DNA of 64,000 nt, taken from assembly GCA_041651115.1 (NCBI GenBank), contig JBAZJY010000002.1:73846-137845 (forward strand), given 5' to 3'. This DNA comes from Candidatus Omnitrophota bacterium (GTDB lineage: Bacteria; Omnitrophota; Gorgyraeia; Gygaellales; Profunditerraquicolaceae). Position numbers and translations under genes: made by a program. Positions 19,315 to 29,779 of this stretch are shown here, piece after piece. How positions within the stretch are numbered: the first letter of the stretch is position 1; every line of letters begins with the position of its first letter. The notes below the pieces were generated by a model. The model was not told the origin of the DNA and did not search any database. It worked only from the letters and a program-made list of their open reading frames with translations.

Positions 19315-19978
19315 GATCATCCTGGCTTTAGACGTTGACGCGGCGCAAAAAGCAAAAAAAATTGCGGCAAGGCTTTATCCGAAGATAAAAATATTTAAGA
19401 TAGGCCTGCAGCTTTTTAGCGCTAGCGGCCCGGAGATGATCAAATATATCAACCGTAAAGGCGCAGCTGTTTTCCTGGACCTGAAATTATTTGATATTCC
19501 CAACACGGTTGCCAATGCTATCCGGCAGGCAGTGCGGCTAAGAGTCAAAATGCTCACTTTGCATATTTCCGGCGGAGAGGCAATGTTAAAAGCAGCCGTA
19601 GAAGCAGCCAAAAACGAAGCGCGCTCGCTTGGCGTAAAAAAACCGCTTTTGATCGGAGTAACTGTATTGACCAGCCAAAAAGCCTCTGCGGAAACAGTGC
19701 TAAGGATGGCAAAGGCAGGCCTTGCCTGCGGTTTAGACGGGATAGTCTGCTCTGCCCGCGAAGCAGCATATTTAAGGAAGAAAATAAAAAGCAGGTTTTA
19801 TATTATTACTCCAGGCATAAGGCCGGGTAATGCATGCACCGACGACCAGAAGCGCACTGCCACTGTCCGGGAAGCGGTTAAGGCAGGAAGTAATTTTTTA
19901 GTAATCGGCAGGCCGGTACTCAAAGCAAAAAATCCGCTGCTCGCGGTAAAAGAAGTCTTAGCAGAAATTGGAGAGTAG
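19304..19978 (+). CDS. pyrF: Orotidine-5'-phosphate decarboxylase.
   Basis: IILALDV..KIGLQLF..DLKLFDIPNTV motifs. TTG start overlapping the pyrD stop. Confidence 0.85.
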   Translation: MKSEIILALDVDAAQKAKKIAARLYPKIKIFKIGLQLFSASGPEMIKYINRKGAAVFLDLKLFDIPNTVANAIRQAVRLRVKMLTLHISGGEAMLKAAVEAAKNEARSLGVKKPLLIGVTVLTSQKASAETVLRMAKAGLACGLDGIVCSAREAAYLRKKIKSRFYIITPGIRPGNACTDDQKRTATVREAVKAGSNFLVIGRPVLKAKNPLLAVKEVLAEIGE

Positions 19979-19981
19979 ACA

Positions 19982-20590
19982 ATGGCAGAAGAAATCAAAA
20001 ATCTGATTGAGAAGATCCACAGCGAAGGAATACAGGCAGCTGAAGCCAAGGCCGCAGAGATTGAAAATAAGGCAAGAGAAGAAGCAGATGCCATCGTGAG
20101 CCGGGCAAAAGAAGAGGCGGAGGCAATGCTTTCCGCAGCCAAGGAACGGATCTCGCGCATGGAAGAAAAAAGCAAAACCCTGCTTACCCAGGCAGCAAGA
20201 GACCTCCTGCTTTCTTTGCGAAAAGAGATCAATGCTGTTTTGGGCCGCCTGGTCAACGCAGATGTGCGTTCTGCGTTAAACCCGGATGCGCTGCAAAGAA
20301 TAATCCTGGAGATGGTCAAGAATTATCCCGGAGGCCAAGAACAGGAAATTGTAATTTCCTTAAAGAAAGAAGATGCCGAACAGTTACAAAAACATTTCTT
20401 GGGCCGTCTCAAGGAAGAAACAAAGAGAAATATCGTGATCAAGCCTTCGGAAGATATCCTCGGCGGCTTTACTATCAGCTTTGACGCGGGAAAATCCCAA
20501 TTTGATTTTACCGATAAGGCGCTGGCAGAATACATCAGTTTATATCTTAAGCCGAATTTAAGCGGGATACTTAAAGAAGCGACTTCCTAA
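19982..20590 (+). CDS. atpE: V-type ATP synthase subunit E.
   Basis: About 200 aa, highly charged and helical (AEAKAAEIENKAREEAD..), positioned at the operon head. Confidence 0.7.
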   Translation: MAEEIKNLIEKIHSEGIQAAEAKAAEIENKAREEADAIVSRAKEEAEAMLSAAKERISRMEEKSKTLLTQAARDLLLSLRKEINAVLGRLVNADVRSALNPDALQRIILEMVKNYPGGQEQEIVISLKKEDAEQLQKHFLGRLKEETKRNIVIKPSEDILGGFTISFDAGKSQFDFTDKALAEYISLYLKPNLSGILKEATS

Positions 20591-20591
20591 A

Positions 20592-21125
20592 ATGAATTCT
20601 AATTACGTTTATTTGATTTCTCAATTGCCAATGCTGCATTTTAACGCAAAGCCGGCGCTTTCTTTTGAAAAGTTCATGGAGCTTTGCCAACGATTCATCC
20701 CGGAAAAAGACGCGCAGCGTCTAAGCAGCCTGCCGCAGCCGGATAGCTATGCCGGATCCAAGGAACAAGATCCGGTTATCCGGCAGTGGATTGACTTTGA
20801 CCTGTCTTTAAGGAACGACTTGGCAAAGATCCGCGCCAGCCGCAGGCATGTTGACCCTGCGGCCTACTTACGCGCCGGCGGCTTACGTGACGGCAGCGTA
20901 ATGCATGTTGTTAATGCCGCTCAAAGGAACCCTTCTCCTTTGGAAGCGGAGAGATTGCTTGATGAAGCAAGGTGGCATGAACTGGACGAGTTGGAAGCGG
21001 GCCGGTTTTTTGACTTTGGGGCTTTGGTGATCTACGCGTATAAATTGATCATCCTTATCCGCTGGGAAAAGATAGGCAGCGCGGACAAAGAAAAGATATT
21101 TGAAGAAACTCTTGTTAAAAATTAA
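20592..21125 (+). CDS. Hypothetical protein occupying the position of the conserved DUF2764-like gene in Chlamydia/spirochaete-type V-ATPase operons.
   Basis: Sits between atpE and atpA. No recognisable motif. Confidence 0.35.
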   Translation: MNSNYVYLISQLPMLHFNAKPALSFEKFMELCQRFIPEKDAQRLSSLPQPDSYAGSKEQDPVIRQWIDFDLSLRNDLAKIRASRRHVDPAAYLRAGGLRDGSVMHVVNAAQRNPSPLEAERLLDEARWHELDELEAGRFFDFGALVIYAYKLIILIRWEKIGSADKEKIFEETLVKN

Positions 21126-21138
21126 GGCGGGCTAAAAG

Positions 21139-22875
21139 ATGCGAGAAATAAGAAAAGGAAGGATTACGAAGATCAACGCTAACATGGTAAGCGCGCAGTT
21201 CAGCGACTTTGTCATGCAGAATGAAGTCGCTTATATTATCCACGGCCAAGAGCGCTTAAAAGCGGAAATCATCCGCGTGCGCGGCAACTCCGCGGAGATG
21301 CAGGTTTATGAAGCCACTACCGGCTTGAAACTCGGCGAAGAAGTTGAGTTCAGCGGAGAGCTGCTTTCCGTGGAATTGGGGCCGGGGTTACTGGGTCAGA
21401 TCTTTGACGGCCTGCAGAACCCACTTCCTTTGTTAGCGCAAAAATGCGGATTTTTCTTAAAACGCGGTATTTATATGGATCCCCTGGAAGACAAGCAGGA
21501 ATGGGAATTTACCCCGCTGGTTAAGCCGGGAGATAAGCTGCGCGCCGGAGAAAAGATCGGTTTTGTCCCGGAAAAAATATTTAAACATTATATCATGGTG
21601 CCGTTTGCTTTATCCGGCGTATTTGAAGTGGTGAATATTGCCGCGGCAGGCAAATATAATTTAAAGCAGCCGGTCGCGCAAATAAAGGACCAGAATGCCA
21701 AGGTTTTTGATATTTGCCTTTCCCAGGTCTGGCCGGTAAAGATGCCGATCAGGGCCTATGCGGAAAAACTCAGGCCGCAGGAGACTCTGGTTACCAAAAT
21801 GCGCCTGATCGATTCGCTCTTCCCGGTTGCCAAGGGCGGGACCTATTGCATCCCCGGCCCGTTTGGCGCGGGAAAAACCGTGCTGCAGCAATTGACCAGC
21901 CGCCATGCGGAAGTCGATATCGTGATCATTGCCGCATGCGGCGAACGCGCCGGAGAAGTCGTAGAAACTTTGAAGACCTTTCCGGAGATAACCGACCCGC
22001 GCACCGGCAAGCCATTAAGCGACCGCACGGTAATTATCTGTAATACCAGCTCTATGCCTGTGGCTGCCCGCGAATCAAGCGTTTACACTGCCGTAACCAT
22101 TGCCGAATATTACCGCCAGATGGGGCTGAATGTCCTGCTTCTGGCTGATTCCACGTCGCGCTGGGCGCAGGCAATGCGGGAAATGTCCGGCAGGCTGGAA
22201 GAGATCCCCGGCGAAGAAGCATTCCCCGCGTACCTTGAATCGCGCATTGCTTCTTTTTATGAAAGGGCAGGTCTGGTGCGGCTTTATGACGGCACAACCG
22301 GTTCAGTTACTATCGGAGGCACAGTCAGCCCGGCAGGCGGAAACTTTGAAGAACCGGTAACCCAGGCAACGCTAAAGGTCGTGGGCGCTTTTCACGGCCT
22401 TTCCCGGGAACGCTCCGATGCCAGAAGATACCCGGCAATCGACCCTTTGATCAGCTGGAGCAAGTATAAAAGCTTCATTTCCGATGACCGGGTCGCCTCC
22501 GGGCACGGTATCTTGCGTAAGAGCCATAATGTGGCGCAAATGATGAAGGTTATCGGCGAAGAAGGCACTGCCCTGGCCGATTACACGGATTATCTTAAGG
22601 GAGAATTTTTTGATTTTGTCTACCTGCAGCAAAATGCGTTTGACGCGGTGGATGAAGCCTCAGCCAAAGAACGGCAGGCATATATATTTGATTTTATCTA
22701 CGGGATCCTGAGCGCGGAACTTGTTTTTAAAGACAAAGAAGACGCGCTGCGTTTCTTCCAGAAATTACGTCAGCTTTTTAAAGGCTGGAACTCCGCCGGC
22801 TGGGAAAGCAGGGAATTCCATGAGGCGGAGGCGGAAATAAATAGTTTATTGAAAGAGAAAATAAAGGAAAAATAA
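21139..22875 (+). CDS. atpA: V-type ATP synthase catalytic subunit A.
   Basis: Walker [10 protein letters not shown]; 578 aa. Confidence 0.92.
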   Translation: MREIRKGRITKINANMVSAQFSDFVMQNEVAYIIHGQERLKAEIIRVRGNSAEMQVYEATTGLKLGEEVEFSGELLSVELGPGLLGQIFDGLQNPLPLLAQKCGFFLKRGIYMDPLEDKQEWEFTPLVKPGDKLRAGEKIGFVPEKIFKHYIMVPFALSGVFEVVNIAAAGKYNLKQPVAQIKDQNAKVFDICLSQVWPVKMPIRAYAEKLRPQETLVTKMRLIDSLFPVAKGGTYCIPGPFGAGKTVLQQLTSRHAEVDIVIIAACGERAGEVVETLKTFPEITDPRTGKPLSDRTVIICNTSSMPVAARESSVYTAVTIAEYYRQMGLNVLLLADSTSRWAQAMREMSGRLEEIPGEEAFPAYLESRIASFYERAGLVRLYDGTTGSVTIGGTVSPAGGNFEEPVTQATLKVVGAFHGLSRERSDARRYPAIDPLISWSKYKSFISDDRVASGHGILRKSHNVAQMMKVIGEEGTALADYTDYLKGEFFDFVYLQQNAFDAVDEASAKERQAYIFDFIYGILSAELVFKDKEDALRFFQKLRQLFKGWNSAGWESREFHEAEAEINSLLKEKIKEK

Positions 22876-22876
22876 T

Positions 22877-24169
22877 ATGCAAAAAGTTTATACCAATATC
22901 ATCCAGATCGCCGGAGACGTGGTTACGGTTGAAGCGGAGGGGGTAGGGTATTCGGAGATTGCCCAGATCTTTACCCGCAACAGCGTTTCTTTGGCGCAGG
23001 TTATCCGTCTCGACGGGAAAAAGGTATTTTTACAGATCTTTGCCGGCAGCCGCGGAGTTTCCACCGGGGACAAGGTAAGGTTCTTAGGCCATGCCATGCG
23101 CGTTGCCAGCGGCGCAAATCTTCTAGGCCGCGTTTTTAACGGCAGCGGCCTGCCTTTGGATAACGGGCCGCAGCTGACAGACGAGATGATCGAGATCGGC
23201 GGGCCGCCGGTAAACCCGGTAAAAAGGATCATCCCGCGTAAAATGATCCGCACCGGTATCCCGATGATTGATGTTTTTAATTCGCTTGTCGAGTCGCAGA
23301 AACTGCCGATCTTTTCCATTGCCGGCGAGCCGTATAATGAATTGCTGGCGCGCATTGCCGTGCAGGCGGAAATCGACATCATTATCCTCGGCGGCATGGG
23401 CCTGAAATACGACGACTTCCTTTTCTTCCGCGATACGCTTGAAGAGCACGGCAGCCTTTCGCGCTCGATCATGTTCGTGCATACGGCAGCTGACCCGACA
23501 GTAGAGTGCCTGCTGGTGCCGGACATCAGCCTGGCAGTGGCGGAAAATTTTGCGCTGCAGGGGAAAAGGGTGCTTGTGCTTTTGACCGATATGACTAATT
23601 TCTGCGATTCTTTAAAAGAGATCGCCATTACCATGGAGCAGATCCCCTCTAACCGCGGATATCCGGGCGACCTATACAGCCAGCTTGCCAGCCGTTATGA
23701 AAAGGCAGTGGATTTTGACACTGCCGGATCGATCACCATCCTGGCGGCAACTACTATGCCCGGAGACGACGTCACGCATCCTGTCCCGGATAATACCGGC
23801 TACATTACCGAGGGCCAGTTTTATTTAAAGAACGGCGTGATCGAGCCTTTTGGGTCCTTAAGCCGTTTAAAGCAGCAGGTAAACGCTAAAACCCGCGACG
23901 ACCACCGGGTGATCATGGATATGATGATCCAGCTTTTTGCCAGCTACCGCGAAGCGCTGGAAAAACAATCCATGGGTTTCCAGATGAGTGCCTGGGATAA
24001 AAAGCTTCTGCAATACGGAAAGCTTTTTGAAGAAAAAATGATGTCTTTAAAAGTGAATATCCCTCTGGAAAAGGCGCTTGACCTGGGTTGGCAAATCATG
24101 GCAGATTGTTTCCAGCCTGAAGAAACCGGCATCAAAAAATCCATGATCGAGAAATATTGGCCAAAATGA
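22877..24169 (+). CDS. atpB: V-type ATP synthase subunit B.
   Basis: Degenerate P-loop region, A/B-family fold, 430 aa. Confidence 0.9.
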   Translation: MQKVYTNIIQIAGDVVTVEAEGVGYSEIAQIFTRNSVSLAQVIRLDGKKVFLQIFAGSRGVSTGDKVRFLGHAMRVASGANLLGRVFNGSGLPLDNGPQLTDEMIEIGGPPVNPVKRIIPRKMIRTGIPMIDVFNSLVESQKLPIFSIAGEPYNELLARIAVQAEIDIIILGGMGLKYDDFLFFRDTLEEHGSLSRSIMFVHTAADPTVECLLVPDISLAVAENFALQGKRVLVLLTDMTNFCDSLKEIAITMEQIPSNRGYPGDLYSQLASRYEKAVDFDTAGSITILAATTMPGDDVTHPVPDNTGYITEGQFYLKNGVIEPFGSLSRLKQQVNAKTRDDHRVIMDMMIQLFASYREALEKQSMGFQMSAWDKKLLQYGKLFEEKMMSLKVNIPLEKALDLGWQIMADCFQPEETGIKKSMIEKYWPK

Positions 24170-25482
24170 AGCCTTTTATTATCTCCTGTCTTGTGGTTTT
24201 ATCGTTTCTACGCATTCCTGCTTTTGCCGGCGAGGAAGATAAGCTTAACAAGGCCTGGCAGCATATCGCTGTAAATCGTCTATTTAGCCAGCAGCTTAGT
24301 TCCGAAGAAGCCATAGTCTGGCACCTTGATTATAATGGTTTTGCCGCGCTCGTTCCCGGCTGCCTGATGATTTTTGATTACGATAATGAAACCCCCGCTC
24401 CGCAGAATGATAAGAAATCCGAAACCGGCATTGTGGAAAGCCTGCTTACGGGAGTGATCAACCCCGAAGAAATCAAGGACCAGCCCGTAATATTTTTCTT
24501 TTCTCATGAGCATCCGGCGGAAAAGCTGATCAAACTGCTTAAATGGAAGGATGCGATCAAGGATGTGCTTTTTGTTTTGCCGGAGGGAATCTATTTAAAA
24601 TATGAGGAGCAAATCAAGGAGCTCAAGCAGGCAGACAGCGCCGATTTAAATAAAAAAGACGTTTTTAGCGTGATTAAACGCGTACTGCCAAACCACACAT
24701 ATGTTGTTAAGGGCAATACTATTTCAGTGCTTGAGCAGCAGGCGCCGCATCCGGGCGTGGAGTTTATCGTAGAGACTGCCAACGGCCTTACCATATATCA
24801 TTCGGGCTCCCTTCTCTGCCGGCATTGCCCGGATGTAGAGAACGAACGCATAGCCCTGGCAGTTTATTCGGACCTGCGCAGCCCCGCCGGAAACATTTTT
24901 CTGGCTGGTAACTGCGCTATCCCGGAATACGACATCGGGATAATCGGCGTAAGCGGGTTTAAGCCGGGGGGTTTTGAGGCAGAGATAGCCGGGCGGATAA
25001 AAGAGAAAAACTATTTATTGGAGAAAGATAAATTCTTTACCGAAAGAAATCCGTATTTTTGGGCTGATCTGGGAAATTTGCTTTGGGTTGAGCATGAAAC
25101 CAGCGCGATCAACGATTATTTCAAAAAAATAAAAGGCAATCCGGACATATTAAAGGACATAAAAAACGCCGTAGTCAGGAGATACGCCGAGTACATGGAT
25201 GACGTAAGACAATATTGCAGCCTGGAGACAACGCCCGATGAATGCGATGAGAAAATAAGCTACCGGAAATACGGAGGGATTTTTTATACCTTTAGTTCTG
25301 ATGTCCCAAGCTTTGCCCGGGGAGAATGCTTTCTTTTCAGCGCCGGCCATAAACCGGCCGGCGGAGAATACTTTTCCGGCTATTGGTCTTCCGAGGGATG
25401 GCCGTTATTCCCGCCAAACAGCATTTTATGGGATATTTTCCAGGAACATGGAATTAAGGATGTAGGCGATAATGAAAATTAA
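24166..25482 (+). CDS. Secreted hypothetical protein inserted within the V-ATPase operon.
   Basis: N-terminal signal peptide [21 protein letters not shown]. No recognised domain. The ATG overlaps the atpB stop (ATGA). Confidence 0.5.
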   Translation: MKPFIISCLVVLSFLRIPAFAGEEDKLNKAWQHIAVNRLFSQQLSSEEAIVWHLDYNGFAALVPGCLMIFDYDNETPAPQNDKKSETGIVESLLTGVINPEEIKDQPVIFFFSHEHPAEKLIKLLKWKDAIKDVLFVLPEGIYLKYEEQIKELKQADSADLNKKDVFSVIKRVLPNHTYVVKGNTISVLEQQAPHPGVEFIVETANGLTIYHSGSLLCRHCPDVENERIALAVYSDLRSPAGNIFLAGNCAIPEYDIGIIGVSGFKPGGFEAEIAGRIKEKNYLLEKDKFFTERNPYFWADLGNLLWVEHETSAINDYFKKIKGNPDILKDIKNAVVRRYAEYMDDVRQYCSLETTPDECDEKISYRKYGGIFYTFSSDVPSFARGECFLFSAGHKPAGGEYFSGYWSSEGWPLFPPNSILWDIFQEHGIKDVGDNEN

Positions 25483-26086
25483 ATTAACTAAAGGCGAGTT
25501 AAAGCGGCAGCGCGATGCGTTAAGGCAATATCAGCGTTATCTGCCTACCTTACAGTTAAAAAAACAACAATTGCAGCTTGAGATCCTGCAGCAGCACAAT
25601 TTGCTGGAGGAAAGAAAACATGCCCTGGCAGGAAAAAAGAAGGCGGCGGCCAGCTGGGCCGGCTTGATCGTCGAGCAGAAGGAGGGCCTGCGTAATTTTA
25701 TTTTTCCGGAACGCGTGGCTACCGGCCAAAAAAATATTGCCGGAGTGGACATCCCGGTTTTTGAGAAACTTGAATTTAAGGCAGCGGATTATGATCTATT
25801 CCTTGAGCCTCTCTGGTTGGACGCGGCAATAGAGGCACTAAGGCAGATCGTCTCGCTGCAGGAAGAAATGAAGGTAATGGAAAAAGGCGTGGATATCTTA
25901 AAGCGTGAGCTACGCATCACCACGCAGCGGGTCAATTTGTTTGAGAAGGTAAAGATCCCCGAAGCGGAAGAGGCGATCAGGCTGATCAAGATCTATATCG
26001 GAGACCAGATGGCTAATGCCGTGGGCCGCTCTAAGATCGCCAAGGCAAAGATAGAAGCGAATGTTTTAGAGGAGGCACTGGTATGA
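25472..26086 (+). CDS. atpD: V-type ATP synthase subunit D.
   Basis: [36 protein letters not shown]-terminus. Confidence 0.85.
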   Translation: MKIKLTKGELKRQRDALRQYQRYLPTLQLKKQQLQLEILQQHNLLEERKHALAGKKKAAASWAGLIVEQKEGLRNFIFPERVATGQKNIAGVDIPVFEKLEFKAADYDLFLEPLWLDAAIEALRQIVSLQEEMKVMEKGVDILKRELRITTQRVNLFEKVKIPEAEEAIRLIKIYIGDQMANAVGRSKIAKAKIEANVLEEALV

Positions 26087-27852
26087 TCGTACCGATGAAA
26101 AAAACCACGGTCATTACCCAGCATAAAGATGCGCAGGAGGCTGTCGGGCAGCTGCGTAAACTCGGGCTGCTGCATGTTGAACACCAAAAGCCGCCGCAAA
26201 GCCAGGATATAAACATCCTGCAGGAAGATGCCGGATTAGTTAATGCCTGCCTTGAAGTTTTTGGCCAGGCTGGCTGCCAGGCAAATAATGTTATTGCTAA
26301 AACAGGGCTCGTTGATTGGAAAATAAAAGCAAGGCACGTTGTTGATTTATGGAAAAGATACGGCCACCTTGGTGATTTTTCAAATACGCTCAAGCACCAG
26401 ATCAATGAATGGCGGAAATGGGGTGATTTTGACCTGCAGAGATTACAGGAACTCCAGCAAAAAGGCATTTACCTTAAATTTTATCAGGTTCCTATCCGTC
26501 AACTAAAAGAATTCCCCCGGGAGGTTGTTATAGAGCAGGTATTTGTTACCGGAGGGCTTGCGCATTGCGTGGCGATTTCCACAAATAAATTTGAAGTGCC
26601 GTTCAAGGAGGTTAGCCTGCCTAAGCTGAGCCTTTCCGGGATGCTTGCCAAGCTTGAGGAAGATGAAAAAACGATGCAGGCGATAAAAAATGAGATCTGT
26701 CTTGCCGTAAGTTATGTCCCGGAGCTATTGGAGGTAAAAAAGAAGCTGGAAAAAGAGATTGAGTTCCAGCAGGCATTGGCAGGCATGGGAGAAAGCAGGG
26801 CAGTCGTTTATTTAACAGGATATATTCCGCGGGAATGCGAAGGCAAGATATTGGCAGAAGCAAAAATAAAAAAGTGGGGCATCTTGATCAGCGACCCGCA
26901 AGAAGATGATAATGTGCCGGTTTTGATCCGCAATCCCCGGTGGGTTTCTATTATCAGCCCAGTTTTCCGCATGTTGGAGATCGTGCCGGGGTATCGGGAA
27001 ATGGACATTAGCCGGTTATTTTTGGTATTCTTCGGTATCTTCTTCGGTATGTTAATCGGAGATTCCGGTTACGGCTTGATCTATGCAGCCGTCACTTTTT
27101 GGGCGCAGAGGAAGTTCGGTAAAAAAGTATCCAATAAAGCGATGTTTTTCCTCTTTTACGTTTTGAGTTTTTGCGCTATCATATGGGGGCTATTGACAGG
27201 AACATTTTTCGGGCAAGCCTGGTTATTGAAAGCCGGATACAGGCCGTTAATACCCGCCTTAAACGACGTAAAAAATATACAGGCATTTTGTTTTTTTCTC
27301 GGTGCACTACATCTTACATTAGCGCACTCATGGCAGGCGGCAATAAAGTTCCCTTCCTTAAAGGCGCTGGCCGACATCGGCTGGGTCTGTATCCTCTGGA
27401 CCGCTTATTTTCTGGCAAATGCGCTTATTTTAGGAGATGCTTTTCCGGGCTTCGGAAAGTGGCTGGTTAGCTGCGGCATCAGCCTCGTAGTTTTATTTAC
27501 CAGCCCGCAAAAAAATCTTTTAAAAACGATCGGCAGCGGGTTGGGGACTCTGGCGCTCAGCCTGATGAATAATTTCACCGACGTGGTTTCTTATGTGCGC
27601 CTTTTTGCCGTAGGCTTGGCAGGCGTAGCGATCGCCGATACTTTTAATTCTATGGCCGGCGGAGTTGTTTCCGCGAACTTTTTTTCGCTGTTATTGGCGG
27701 GGGTGATCATTCTGGCGGGGCATTTGTTAAATCTTTTACTGGGGCCGATGTCTGTTCTGGTGCATGGGGTGCGGCTTAATGTGCTGGAATTCAGCAGCCA
27801 CGCAGGCGTATCGTGGAGCGGGACAGCGTATAAGCCGCTCAAGCAGGATTAA
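26083..27852 (+). CDS. atpI: V-type ATP synthase subunit I (a-subunit; membrane).
   Basis: Soluble N-terminal half followed by a C-terminal multi-TM domain; 589 aa. Confidence 0.8.
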   Translation: MIVPMKKTTVITQHKDAQEAVGQLRKLGLLHVEHQKPPQSQDINILQEDAGLVNACLEVFGQAGCQANNVIAKTGLVDWKIKARHVVDLWKRYGHLGDFSNTLKHQINEWRKWGDFDLQRLQELQQKGIYLKFYQVPIRQLKEFPREVVIEQVFVTGGLAHCVAISTNKFEVPFKEVSLPKLSLSGMLAKLEEDEKTMQAIKNEICLAVSYVPELLEVKKKLEKEIEFQQALAGMGESRAVVYLTGYIPRECEGKILAEAKIKKWGILISDPQEDDNVPVLIRNPRWVSIISPVFRMLEIVPGYREMDISRLFLVFFGIFFGMLIGDSGYGLIYAAVTFWAQRKFGKKVSNKAMFFLFYVLSFCAIIWGLLTGTFFGQAWLLKAGYRPLIPALNDVKNIQAFCFFLGALHLTLAHSWQAAIKFPSLKALADIGWVCILWTAYFLANALILGDAFPGFGKWLVSCGISLVVLFTSPQKNLLKTIGSGLGTLALSLMNNFTDVVSYVRLFAVGLAGVAIADTFNSMAGGVVSANFFSLLLAGVIILAGHLLNLLLGPMSVLVHGVRLNVLEFSSHAGVSWSGTAYKPLKQD

Positions 27853-27879
27853 GTCAATTTTTAAAGAAGGGAGTCTGAT

Positions 27880-28326
27880 ATGTTGGAGCAATTCAAAGAT
27901 TTAGGCGCGATAACGGCTTTGGCTCTTTCTGCGTTCGGGTCAGCCCTTGGCGCCGGCGTTGCGGGGATGAGCGCAATCGGTGCATGGAAGAAAAATTTTT
28001 CCCAGAATAAACCGGCGTCCTTTATGATGGTGGCTTTTGTCGGCGCGCCGCTTACCCAGACGGTTTATGGCATGATCATTATGAATAGGATGGCCGAGAT
28101 CGCCAACAAAGGAACATACCTCTGGAGCGTCGGGATTTTCGCTGGCATTGCCATGGGGCTTTCTGCATACTGGCAGGGTAAATGCGCGGCAGCTGCCTGC
28201 GACGCCATGGGAGAAACAGGTAAGGGGTTTGGAAACTATATTGTTGTCCTGGGTATTATTGAAACCGTCGCGTTGTTCGTGATGGCGTTTACTTTAGGCG
28301 TCCTGGGAAAATTCGCCGGCGCATAA
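27880..28326 (+). CDS. atpK: V-type ATP synthase subunit K (proteolipid).
   Basis: Four predicted TM helices, with a conserved Glu in the last helix (GIIETVALF). Confidence 0.8.
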   Translation: MLEQFKDLGAITALALSAFGSALGAGVAGMSAIGAWKKNFSQNKPASFMMVAFVGAPLTQTVYGMIIMNRMAEIANKGTYLWSVGIFAGIAMGLSAYWQGKCAAAACDAMGETGKGFGNYIVVLGIIETVALFVMAFTLGVLGKFAGA

Positions 28327-28332
28327 AATATC

Positions 28333-28409
28333 GGGCGGTTAGTTCAGCTGGTTAGAACGTCTCTCTTACACAGAGAAGGTCAGGGGTCCGAGTCCTCTAC
28401 CGCCCACCA
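28333..28409 (+). tRNA. tRNA-Val (anticodon TAC), CCA encoded.
   Basis: Acceptor GGGCGGT/ACCGCCC, anticodon loop CTTACAC, T-loop TCCGAGT, 3' ACCA. Confidence 0.85.
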
Positions 28410-28419
28410 TAAATATTTG

Positions 28420-28448
28420 TTGCAAACAGCAGATTTTTAGTCTACAAT
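28420..28448 (+). promoter_or_regulatory. Promoter for tRNA-Asp (TTGCAA-17-TACAAT).
   Basis: ttgcaa at 28420-28425, a 17-nt spacer, tacaat at 28443-28448. The tRNA starts 16 nt downstream. Confidence 0.5.
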
Positions 28449-28464
28449 TAGCACCCTACGAATT

Positions 28465-28540
28465 GGGGTCGTGGTGTAGCCCGGTCTAACACGTCGCCCT
28501 GTCACGGCGAAGATCGCGAGTTCAAATCTCGTCGACCCCG
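28465..28540 (+). tRNA. tRNA-Asp (anticodon GTC).
   Basis: Acceptor GGGGTCG/CGACCCC, anticodon loop CTGTCAC, T-loop TTCAAAT. Confidence 0.88.
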
Positions 28541-28569
28541 TTGAAATTTTCCGACAAGGAAAATTTCAA
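28541..28569 (+). terminator. Perfect 12-bp hairpin (TTGAAATTTTCC-N5-GGAAAATTTCAA) immediately 3' of tRNA-Asp. It may be a processing site or terminator stem.
   Basis: Read directly. No T-run follows. Confidence 0.35.
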
Positions 28570-28648
28570 CGGCACTTGAGCGAACGATAGTGCGGCGGCA
28601 AGCCGCACAGTGAGCGAAAGTGCATGTTCCATTAACCTTCCCCACCAT

Positions 28649-29779
28649 ATGCAACCGCTGAAAATATTGTATGTGATCACGAAGCTTGAATTAGGCGGCG
28701 CGCAAAAACAACTATTGGCCCTGATCCGCGGCCTTGATAAAGATAAATTCCAACCATGCTTATTTACCGGCGATAGCGGCCTGCTGGATGAAGAGGCGGA
28801 CGCGATACCGGGGCTGGGAATAAAAAGGTCAAGCCGGCTTAAAAGGCAAATCAGCCCGCTTAACGATTGGCTGGCTTTATGTGAGATCCGGCGTTTCATT
28901 AAGGCAAACAACATAGATATCGTTCATACGCACAGCTCCAAGGCGGGGATCATCGGCCGCATTGCCGCAAAGCTTGCCAACGTAAAGATCATTATCCATA
29001 CCGTGCACGGGTGGAGTTTTAATGATTATCAAAATCCCCTGATCAGATGCGCGTATATATGGCTGGAAAAAATCACCGCAGGTTTTTCCCGCGCTTTGAT
29101 CGTTGTATCCGAGCACGACCGGCAAGAAGGATTAAAACAGGGCATTGGCAGGCCGGATAAATATTCTCTTATCCGTTACGGCATAGATCGCAATGAATTC
29201 ATCCCGGGATCGAACACGGGTGAATTAGCGGTATGCACGGTTTCCTGCCTTAAGCCGCAAAAGTCTCCGCAAGATTTTATACGGCTTGCCGCAAGTATAA
29301 CTAAGAAGTATAATAACGTAAGATTTATTATTGTTGGTGACGGTGTCTTGCGCAGGCAGATTGAAAAGATGATCAATAGTTTCGGCCTGCAGCAGAAAGT
29401 CAAACTTTGCGGATGGCAGCGCAACGTAGCCGAAATACTGGCAGCCGCCGATATTTTTGTCCTTACTTCGCTTTGGGAAGGCTTGCCGATTTCCGCGCTT
29501 GAGGCGCTTAGCTGCGGCCTGCCGGTTGTGGCAACCGACACCGGGGGAATATCCGAAATAATAGAAGAAGGCAGGAACGGTTTTCTTTGTCCCCGCCGGG
29601 ATATCGGGCAAATGGCGGAAAAATTGGAGAGGTTACTTAAAGATAGATCCATGAGAATAAAAATGGCAGCTGCGGCAAAAGAAAGCCTGACAGCAGATTT
29701 TGATATCAACGCGCTTGCGTTTAATACGCAAAAACTGTATGCAAGCTTATCCGGTTTGGGGAATTGTTGTCATGCTTAA
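28649..29779 (+). CDS. Glycosyltransferase family 4 (GT-B fold).
   Basis: EGLPISALEALSCGLPVVATDTGG motif. ATG at 28649 (MQPLKILYV); the track ORF starts upstream at 28610. Confidence 0.85.
   Translation: MQPLKILYVITKLELGGAQKQLLALIRGLDKDKFQPCLFTGDSGLLDEEADAIPGLGIKRSSRLKRQISPLNDWLALCEIRRFIKANNIDIVHTHSSKAGIIGRIAAKLANVKIIIHTVHGWSFNDYQNPLIRCAYIWLEKITAGFSRALIVVSEHDRQEGLKQGIGRPDKYSLIRYGIDRNEFIPGSNTGELAVCTVSCLKPQKSPQDFIRLAASITKKYNNVRFIIVGDGVLRRQIEKMINSFGLQQKVKLCGWQRNVAEILAAADIFVLTSLWEGLPISALEALSCGLPVVATDTGGISEIIEEGRNGFLCPRRDIGQMAEKLERLLKDRSMRIKMAAAAKESLTADFDINALAFNTQKLYASLSGLGNCCHA

Noticed and set aside
24166-25482. Metallo-beta-lactamase motif in the inserted 441-aa V-ATPase-operon protein (FSHEHPAE).
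   Set aside because: It does not fit HxHxDH, so no fold is assigned.
28610-28648. Upstream TTG/ATG extension of the GT4 gene (MSESACSINLPHH...).
   Set aside because: GT4 enzymes normally start at the MxxLKILYV Rossmann strand. The extension lies in a structured leader with hairpins (gtgcggc/gccgcac).
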